The notes under the pieces are model-generated. The model worked only from the letters and a program-made list of their open reading frames with translations, searched no databases and was not told where the DNA came from. 32,868 nucleotides of DNA from an uncultured Candidatus Saccharibacteria bacterium (GTDB taxonomy: Bacteria > Patescibacteriota > Minisyncoccia > Minisyncoccales > GWA2-38-27). How positions within the stretch are numbered: the first letter of the stretch is position 1; each line of letters starts with the position of its first letter. A program made the position numbers and the translations under genes. Positions 24,446 through 30,839 of this stretch are shown here, piece by piece. The DNA is taken from positions 1-32,868 of the forward strand of contig CAYQNN010000002.1 of NCBI GenBank assembly GCA_964418955.1, given 5' to 3'.

Positions 24446-24631
24446 GTGTTGGTACTAAGCAGACAAAAAGATGAATCTATTATAATCGGCGATGATATAA
24501 GGGTTATGGTCGTCGATGTCAGGGGCGATAGGGTCCGTTTAGGAATTACCGCTCCGAGAGGCGTTCCTGTCCACCGAGAAGAAGTTTACGAAGCGATCCA
24601 AAGGGAAAAAAAAGAAAAACAAATTGAATAG
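24446..24631 (+). CDS. csrA: Carbon storage regulator CsrA/RsmA (GTG start)
   Basis: 61 aa. MLVLSRQKDESIIIGDDIRVMVVDVRGDRVRLGITAPRGVPVHREEVY is a full-length CsrA signature. AAAGGAG Shine-Dalgarno. Promoter at 24288-24315. Confidence 0.9.
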   Translation: MLVLSRQKDESIIIGDDIRVMVVDVRGDRVRLGITAPRGVPVHREEVYEAIQREKKEKQIE

Positions 24632-24645
24632 AAAGGAATCTTGCC

Positions 24646-24984
24646 ATGAATACCTCTAATTTGCTGAAAAAAAACAGAGGGCTGGAAAGGCAAATAGAAA
24701 AACTTATAGATTTAATCCAAGATCTTTTCAATGAAAATTCTCGCAGATCCGATCAAATCGAAGATTTATTGATAGAAAAAATTGGAATAAGAAATATGAT
24801 TATTGATATATATTTTTTATTACTCCACGAAACCGAAGAAAATAACTTTCTGGAAATTAACCCAAAAAATTTGACTGATATCCTTAACGACATCCGCGTT
24901 TTGATAAAAGTTCTCTTACTCCAGCAAGAAAGTTTGGAAAGAGAAAATTATGCCCTTCGGGACATAATCAAAGGAAAAAAATAA
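24646..24984 (+). CDS. Hypothetical coiled-coil protein immediately downstream of csrA
   Basis: 112 aa. AAAGGAA Shine-Dalgarno 14 nt after the csrA stop. Heptad-like helical sequence. Strong terminator at 24987-25017. Confidence 0.6.
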   Translation: MNTSNLLKKNRGLERQIEKLIDLIQDLFNENSRRSDQIEDLLIEKIGIRNMIIDIYFLLLHETEENNFLEINPKNLTDILNDIRVLIKVLLLQQESLERENYALRDIIKGKK

Positions 24985-24986
24985 TC

Positions 24987-25017
24987 AAAACGCTCGTCTC
25001 CTGACGAGCGTTTTTTT
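24987..25017 (+). terminator. Intrinsic terminator
   Basis: AAAACGCTCGTC-tcct-GACGAGCGTTTTTTT. Confidence 0.85.
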
Positions 25018-25038
25018 ATTCATATTCTATCAAATCAA

Positions 25039-25176
25039 CTAAACTGTCGGACCTCCTGGCGCCGTTGGAGGTGGAGGAGTTGATCCCCCGTCTTTCTTCT
25101 TTGAACCTTTGCTTATATAATAAATTACTATTCCTACCACTACCACTGCTATTATTATCCAAATAATTGTTGACAT
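25039..25176 (-). CDS. Possible small membrane protein, 45 aa (MSTIIWIIIAVVVVGIVIYYISKGSKKKDGGSTPPPPTAPGGPTV)
   Basis: Hand-translated and not in the ORF track. One TM helix plus a Pro/Gly tail. No clear Shine-Dalgarno. A possible TTGACA lies upstream near 25283-25288 on the minus strand. Confidence 0.3.
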   Translation of the reverse strand: MSTIIWIIIAVVVVGIVIYYISKGSKKKDGGSTPPPPTAPGGPTV

Positions 25177-25358
25177 AATTCAAAATTATTTATTTTTATT
25201 TTTTCGACCTTGTTTTTTTATGACCCATTGAAACAATTTACATTAATAATTGTTTCTTAATTTATTTTCCTCTCTTTATTTATTTATGTCAAGCAAGCCT
25301 GTGGAAAAGTCCGAGAAAGTGAAGTCCCCGACCCCTGCGCTATATACATTAATTAGAA

Positions 25359-26747
25359 TTAAAATTTCGCTCTCCATTGCTCGCTCAGGTTATAAATATC
25401 CCCGGCGCCCATAATAATTACTACCTCCCCTCCCTGCAAATTCCTCTTTAGATAATTTTTTACTCTTCCTTCTGGCAAATAGATCGCTTGGGGTTTGTTG
25501 AGCTTCTTAATTAATTTTTCTGAGCTAACTTTCTTCTTTATTCCTCCTTTTTCCCTGCCGGCTACGTCATAAATATCAGTGATTATTAATTTATCTATTT
25601 GGGACTTGCTATGAGTTTGCCGAAGGAGCTTGCCCTGAGAGAGCGGAGTGAGTCGAAGGGCTTTGGAAAAAACATTAATAAAATCATTAAATAAATAAAA
25701 AGTTCTTTGGTATTGGTGGGGCTGAAAAATACACCAAATTTTCTTTTTTGGGAAGTATTCCCTTGCCGCTTCCAGGGTGGCTTTAATCTCGGTTGGATGG
25801 TGAGCGTAATCTGAAATAATAGTAATTTTCTTATTGCTAATTATTCCTTTCTCTATTTCAAAGCGCCGCCAAGCGCCTTTGTATTGAGATAACGCTTTAA
25901 ATGAAACTTTGTCTGAAACTTTCAAAGCCCGAGCCACTGTTAAAGCGGCTAAAGCATTATAGACATTATGTTCTCCTGGTATTTTTAGAATTTTTTTTAA
26001 TCTTTCTGCTTCTTTCTGTTTTATTGAAAACTCTCTAATTGAAAATTTATTAAATCCCGCTGGAAGCGGAAGGAAATTGGAAATTTTTTTGATATTTCTA
26101 TCATCTCTATTCGCTATCAACACTCCGTCTTCTGGAAGATGCTCTATATATTCTTTAAAAGTTTTTAAAATATGCTTCAAATTCTTGTAATAATCAAGAT
26201 GTTCTCTTTCAATGTTGGTTAAAACTATAATCTTGGGCCAATAATTTAAAAAAGATGCCTGCCATTCATCTGCCTCAATAACTAAATACTCGCTCTTCCC
26301 TATTCTAAAATTAGTCTGGCCAAATTCTTTTAACTTGGTGCCGATAATTACTGTTGGGTCAAGCCCTGCTTTTATCAAAATAGAAGCTGCCATTGCGCAG
26401 GTTGTGCTTTTTCCGTGGGTGCCGGAAATTGCAATGGTAAAATATTTTTTTGTTAATCCTCCCAACGCTTCGGGATAGCTTTGGATTTTAATGCCCAACT
26501 TTTTCGCTTTCTTAATTTCCGGATTATCTGGCTGAACCGCCGGACTATAAATTACTAAATCAGCGTCATCTGACAGGTTTTTAGCCAAATGCCGCGCAAT
26601 AAAAATTTTGGCTCCTGATTTTTTCAGGAAATCGGTAATTTCCGAAGACGCTAAATCAGAACCGCTAACCCGATGCCTTTTTGCTAAATAATACTGGGCA
26701 AGGGCAGATACACCTATCCCGCCGATGCCAACAAAATGTATTCTCAT
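25359..26747 (-). CDS. murC: UDP-MurNAc--L-alanine ligase (MurC)
   Basis: 462 aa. FVGIGGIGVSALAQYYL..VSGSD, ISGTHGKSTT, DYAHHPTEI. Confidence 0.95.
   Translation of the reverse strand: MRIHFVGIGGIGVSALAQYYLAKRHRVSGSDLASSEITDFLKKSGAKIFIARHLAKNLSDDADLVIYSPAVQPDNPEIKKAKKLGIKIQSYPEALGGLTKKYFTIAISGTHGKSTTCAMAASILIKAGLDPTVIIGTKLKEFGQTNFRIGKSEYLVIEADEWQASFLNYWPKIIVLTNIEREHLDYYKNLKHILKTFKEYIEHLPEDGVLIANRDDRNIKKISNFLPLPAGFNKFSIREFSIKQKEAERLKKILKIPGEHNVYNALAALTVARALKVSDKVSFKALSQYKGAWRRFEIEKGIISNKKITIISDYAHHPTEIKATLEAAREYFPKKKIWCIFQPHQYQRTFYLFNDFINVFSKALRLTPLSQGKLLRQTHSKSQIDKLIITDIYDVAGREKGGIKKKVSSEKLIKKLNKPQAIYLPEGRVKNYLKRNLQGGEVVIIMGAGDIYNLSEQWRAKF
25603..25660. repeat. 58-nt GC-rich repeat, copy inside murC (in-frame)
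   Basis: Encodes ALRLTPLSQGKLLRQTHSKS on the minus strand. Confidence 0.9.
26056..26069. repeat. CCCGCTGGAAGCGG mini-palindrome inside murC
   Basis: Read as LPLPAG, a different frame from the murF and thpR copies. Confidence 0.85.
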
Positions 26748-27385
26748 TTTTCAGATTCTAAATTATGAGATTCTAAGATTGTATATTCTGGCCCCCTCTT
26801 TTTTAAGATGCTTTCCATCGCTTCAATTGAATTAGCCGAGAAGCTCAGATTAATATTTTCATTAACAACCGGCCTTTCTTCCGGTTCAATTCGTTTCCAC
26901 TCCCACTGCTTAATTCTTCCCAAAGTGATATGAGGAGAAAATGTTCTATTTTCAGCAGAAAAACTGGCATTTGCCGAATCAGACAAGGATTTATCTAAAT
27001 TATCTTTTAAAGAAGCGAATTCTTTTGATTTTTCCCCTATCGCCCAAATCATCTTGGGCGGTCTTTTATCAAGAGTTTGCCCCGCCCGAGGCAAAGGTCC
27101 ATAACAAATCTTAATTAAATTAACTAAAAATGGCGGCTGCTTAGACGCTACCTTTTTAACAATATTACAGATATCCAAAAGTTCGTCATTATTAACATAC
27201 CCAATAAAATCCAGCGTAATATGAATATTTCTTATTTTCGTCCATCTAATCGGCCCCATATCAGCCCCGCTGGAAGCGGGACGTTGCAGAGTAAATAATT
27301 CTTCAATCTTTTTCTGATATTCAGCCAATTTTTTCTTTATATCTTCCGGTAGATTTATAGCGACAAAAATACGATGTCTTTGCAT
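26744..27385 (-). CDS. thpR: RNA 2',3'-cyclic phosphodiesterase (2H family, LigT/ThpR)
   Basis: 213 aa. Two HxTx motifs (NIHITLDF and SPHITLGR). ATGA overlap with the murC start. Confidence 0.85.
   Translation of the reverse strand: MQRHRIFVAINLPEDIKKKLAEYQKKIEELFTLQRPASSGADMGPIRWTKIRNIHITLDFIGYVNNDELLDICNIVKKVASKQPPFLVNLIKICYGPLPRAGQTLDKRPPKMIWAIGEKSKEFASLKDNLDKSLSDSANASFSAENRTFSPHITLGRIKQWEWKRIEPEERPVVNENINLSFSANSIEAMESILKKRGPEYTILESHNLESEK
27266..27280. repeat. CCCGCTGGAAGCGGG mini-palindrome inside thpR
   Basis: Exact 15-mer. Read as RPASSG. Confidence 0.9.
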
Positions 27386-27439
27386 AATAATTTATTTTAC
27401 TAAAATAAGTAAAATCTGGCAACAATCGTAATATGATAT

Positions 27440-27489
27440 AATTATACCCCTCTAAAATTCACGACCGTGAATTTTAGAGGGGTATAATT
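27440..27489. repeat. Perfect 23-bp-arm palindrome with the same core, CTCTAAAATTCAC-N4-GTGAATTTTAGAG
   Basis: Located in the divergent intergenic region between thpR and amrS. The outer arms read GGGGTATAAT outward on both strands. Confidence 0.95.
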
Positions 27490-27527
27490 TTTTCTTTAGA
27501 AAAATTAAAAATAATGGTAAAATTATA

Positions 27528-28445
27528 ATGATGAAAGAAGCGTATCTTTACAAAAAATTAAAAAACCCCGAAGGAAAGCCCTCGGCTTTCTACGGGGCAA
27601 GTAAAAAAGTTCTATGCCAAAATTGCAGCCATTACTGTGTTTTAAATCCAGGGTAAACTGGAATATGCGGCGTTAGAAAAAATATTGATGGTAAATTATA
27701 TTCTTTGGTTTACGGAAAAGCTTGTGCTCTAAATATTGACCCAATTGAAAAAAAGCCTTTTTACCATTTCCTGCCTGGTTCTTATTCTCTGTCAATAGCC
27801 ACTGTTGGCTGTAATTTTTTTTGTTATTCCTGCCAAAATTGGCAAATTTCTCAGGGTCCAAAAATTTCCAAAGAAATCGTGGGAGACCCCATCTCCCCCG
27901 CTGAAATCGTGGAAACTGCCATTAAAAATAATTTGCTTTCTATTTCATATACCTATACCGAACCAACGATTTTTTTAGAGTATGCTTTAGATATAATGAA
28001 ACTGGCTAAAAAGTCCGGCTTGAAAAACCTTTGGGTGACTAATGGTTTTATGTCAGAAGAAGCGTTTGATTTAGTCTCACCCTACTTAGACGCCGCTAAT
28101 GTTGATTTAAAAAGTTTTTCCGACAAATTTTATCAAAAATACTGCGGCGGGAAATTACAACCTATTCTTAATACCTTGAAAAGAATGAAAGCAAAAAAAA
28201 TCTGGATAGAAATAACAACTTTGGTTATTCCAACTTTAAATGACTCGGAAGAAAATTTTAAAAAAACCGCTAAATTTATAAAAGAAGAATTGGGGGCAGA
28301 AACTCCCTGGCACATTTCAAAATTTTTCGGTCCAATTTCTTGGAAATTCCAAAACATCCCTGATACGCCAACCGAAACACTTAAAATGGCCGAGAAAATC
28401 GGCAGAAAGATTGGTTTAAAAAACATTCATCTTGGAAATATATGA
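27528..28445 (+). CDS. amrS: AmmeMemoRadiSam-system radical SAM enzyme, interrupted by an in-frame TAA at 27654-27656 (the uninterrupted ORF is 27705..28445)
   Basis: The upstream 42 codons are in the same frame and encode the family's N-terminal Cys cluster (CQNCSHYC..ICGVR). Downstream are DPIEKKPFYHF and CX3CX2C (GCNFFCYSCQNW). Confidence 0.85.
27566..27597. repeat. GC-rich imperfect palindrome inside the 5' end of amrS
   Basis: CCCCG-aa-GGAAAGCC-ctc-GGCTTTCT-a-CGGGG. Encodes PEGKPSAFYG. Confidence 0.75.
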
Positions 28446-28588
28446 CCCCGTAGAGAAATTTCGACTGGATTTTTTCTTCAAAAAAAATCAAAAACAATAC
28501 GGGATAAAACAACAAATCTAAGCTTATTAAAATTACAAAGAATCTCGATATATTAAATTTTTATTATTGTCGAAATTCTTCTACGGGG
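28446..28588. repeat. 143-bp intergenic unit bounded by 20-bp terminal inverted repeats (MITE-like element or long-range RNA stem)
   Basis: CCCCGTAGAGAAATTTCGAC ... GTCGAAATTCTTCTACGGGG. 18 Watson-Crick pairs plus 1 G-T out of 20. It fills exactly the gap between the amrS stop and the next ATG. Confidence 0.7.
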
Positions 28589-28589
28589 T

Positions 28590-29237
28590 ATGATAAAATT
28601 CGCTTGTTTTTCGCCCCATCCTCCTCTCTTGCTTCCGAACGTAGGTTCAGAAGAAGACAAAAGAAAAGTAAAGAAAACAATTGAAAGTTTAGAGGAGCTG
28701 GGTAAATCCTTAAACGAGACAAGTCCAGACGGCATAGTCATTTCTTCTCCTCACCCCGACTGGGGATTTAATGTGCCGCTCCACTTTTTAGCTCCGGATT
28801 TTAAAGGAGAGATAAAAACTTTCTTAACGGGGATTGAATCACCGATATCTCATTTTGAGAAAGGAAAAGAATTTTATTTAAAAATTAAAAATTTAAAATC
28901 AAAAATTGCCCTCGTAGCCAGTGGGGATTTATCCCACTGCTTGAAGGAAGATGGTCCTTATGGTTTTAATCCCGATGGTCCTAAATTTGATAAAGCTCTA
29001 ATAGAATTTTTAAAGAAAAAAGATATTGAAAATTTTTTTAAATTAGACGAAATGTACCCGGAAGCAGGAGAATGCGGCTTGCGTTCTTTTTCTTTCCTTT
29101 TGGGCATTCTGGAAAGTGCCAATATTAACTGGCAACCAGAAATTTTATCTTACGAAGGTCCTTTCGGGGTTGGCTATTTGGCAGCAAACCTTACCCTATT
29201 AAATAGCGCTGGAAGCAATTTAACGGGTAAAAATTAA
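28590..29237 (+). CDS. Memo/LigB-superfamily protein (AmmeMemoRadiSam protein B-like, short form)
   Basis: 215 aa. FSPHPP, SSPHP, SGDLSH, AGECG. Sits between the radical SAM and AMMECR1 genes. Confidence 0.7.
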   Translation: MIKFACFSPHPPLLLPNVGSEEDKRKVKKTIESLEELGKSLNETSPDGIVISSPHPDWGFNVPLHFLAPDFKGEIKTFLTGIESPISHFEKGKEFYLKIKNLKSKIALVASGDLSHCLKEDGPYGFNPDGPKFDKALIEFLKKKDIENFFKLDEMYPEAGECGLRSFSFLLGILESANINWQPEILSYEGPFGVGYLAANLTLLNSAGSNLTGKN

Positions 29238-29238
29238 A

Positions 29239-29553
29239 ATGAAATTTATTATAAAAAACACGTCAAGAGAAAATCCAATAAATTTACTGAGAAAAGTTAG
29301 TTATTATTTTCAAGGAGAAAAAAATTCCGAGCTTTCTTTCGTTAGACAGATAGAAAGAAGCGGTTATCCCAGATTCCATCTTTATATCAAAGCTAATGAA
29401 AATAATGAATTAACGTTTAACTTGCATCTTGACCAAAAAAGGCCGGTTTATAAAACTGCTCATGACCATGCGGCGGAATACGAAGGCAAGGTAATAGAAA
29501 CCGAAGCAGAAAGAATTAAAGACCTCTTAGCAAAAGGTCTAAACAAATTTTAG
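29239..29553 (+). CDS. Hypothetical protein inserted in the AmmeMemoRadiSam locus
   Basis: 104 aa. Starts 1 nt after the upstream stop. His-rich motifs RFHLYIK, NLHLDQKRP, HDHAAEYEG. No domain recognised. Confidence 0.6.
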   Translation: MKFIIKNTSRENPINLLRKVSYYFQGEKNSELSFVRQIERSGYPRFHLYIKANENNELTFNLHLDQKRPVYKTAHDHAAEYEGKVIETEAERIKDLLAKGLNKF

Positions 29554-29559
29554 AATAAT

Positions 29560-30168
29560 ATGTCCTTATATATTTCTCTCGCCAAAAAGGCGGTGGAAGA
29601 TTATATTGAAGAAGAAAAGATTATTCCGCCGCCGGAAAATTTACCAAAAGCTCTTTTAGTTAAAAAAGCAGGCATTTTTGTAACAATTGAAAAAAATGGA
29701 GAACTAAAGGGATGCATAGGAACTTATCTGCCGACCAAAGAAAATATTGCTAAAGAAATTATTTATAATGCCATTGCCGCCGCCACTGAAGATTATCGCT
29801 TCGGTTCAATCCGAAAAGAAGAACTCCCTGAACTTTCCTATACTGTTTATATTTTAAATAAACCTGAATTAATTAAAAATGTTGAAGACCCGGCAAAATT
29901 TTCTGAAGAAAAACTTAGACAGGCGGGATTAGACCCTAAAAAATATGGCATAATAGTAAAAACAGCGCCCATTTCAGGGCCGGAAACCGATGTTATCTTC
30001 AACGGCCATACTCCTCTAAAATCAGGACTCTTGCTTCCGGACTTAGAGGGTGTGGATACGGCCGAACAACAGATTTCCATCGCCTGCCAAAAAGGAGATA
30101 TTAATCCGACAATAGAAAAAATTATAATTTATAAATTTACCGTAGAAAAATTTACAGAAAATGACTAA
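29560..30168 (+). CDS. amrA: AMMECR1-domain protein (AmmeMemoRadiSam system protein A)
   Basis: 202 aa. GIFVTIEKNGELKGCIGTY and ATEDYRF are AMMECR1 hallmarks. Confidence 0.9.
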   Translation: MSLYISLAKKAVEDYIEEEKIIPPPENLPKALLVKKAGIFVTIEKNGELKGCIGTYLPTKENIAKEIIYNAIAAATEDYRFGSIRKEELPELSYTVYILNKPELIKNVEDPAKFSEEKLRQAGLDPKKYGIIVKTAPISGPETDVIFNGHTPLKSGLLLPDLEGVDTAEQQISIACQKGDINPTIEKIIIYKFTVEKFTEND

Positions 30169-30829
30169 CCAAAAAATTGCTAAAATATTTTATGAAATAG
30201 CTGACCTTTTGGAAATAAAGGGAATCAATTTTAAACCAAGGGCTTACCGCAGGGCAGCAAAATCTTTAGAAAATTTAGAGAAAGATATTTCTTTTATTAA
30301 AAAAGAAAAAGGAATCAAGGGAATTAAAGAAATATCCAGCATTGGGAAAAGTATTGCTGATAAAATAGAAGAATATCTAAAAAAAGGAAAAATTAAGTAT
30401 TATGAAAAATTAAAAGAAGAAACTGCTATCCGCCAGATAATCACTCATTTTTTTAAAACTAAAGGAGTTTCATTGGCCGAACTTAAAAAGAGCGCTAAAA
30501 AAAGCAAAATAGTTTACTCAAGATTTACCAAACCGGCTAAACAGCTTTTAGAGCTGGCCGGTTCTATTGAAAAAGCAAAGAAAGCAATTGATAAAGTCGC
30601 TGAATGGGCAAAATCAAGAGATTTGGATTATGCCATAGAAACGGTTTTTAAAAAATGGTTAGAATTAGACAAATTAAAGCCAAAAGAAATAGTAAAAAAA
30701 CCATTTTACAGAAAAAATCCGATGGTTTGGTCGGAAACAAAAAGAAAATGGTATGTAATTGACGATGGCGGCGAATGGTTAGAATTTGCCGGAAAAGAAT
30801 CTGATATTGAGTGGCGAATAGCAAAATAG
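30161..30829 (+). CDS. Helix-hairpin-helix protein resembling only the N-terminal (8-kDa/HhH) part of family X DNA polymerases, with an unknown C-terminal half
   Basis: 222 aa. NQKIAKIFYEIADLLEIKGINFKPRAYRRAAKSLE...SSIGKSIADKIEEYLKKGKI matches the PolX N-terminus. No polymerase or PHP motifs are seen. 8-nt overlap with amrA. Confidence 0.6.
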   Translation: MTNQKIAKIFYEIADLLEIKGINFKPRAYRRAAKSLENLEKDISFIKKEKGIKGIKEISSIGKSIADKIEEYLKKGKIKYYEKLKEETAIRQIITHFFKTKGVSLAELKKSAKKSKIVYSRFTKPAKQLLELAGSIEKAKKAIDKVAEWAKSRDLDYAIETVFKKWLELDKLKPKEIVKKPFYRKNPMVWSETKRKWYVIDDGGEWLEFAGKESDIEWRIAK

Positions 30830-30839
30830 AAAAACATTT

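Noticed and set aside
26073-26086. The 14-mer GAAATTGGAAATTT shared by murC and fmt, considered as independent proof of a larger mobile element.
   Set aside because: By a rough estimate, AT-rich 14-mers are expected to recur by chance several times in a 33-kb AT-rich window. It is kept only as a side note under the fmt finding.
27386-27527. Replication origin at the switch from minus-strand to plus-strand genes, with the 50-nt palindrome as an unwinding or structural element.
   Set aside because: No DnaA-box-like TTATCCACA clusters are present and no dnaA or dnaN is nearby. The same palindrome core recurs at 17536 in another divergent region, which favours a regulatory or repeat-element explanation. 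GC skew could not be computed by eye.
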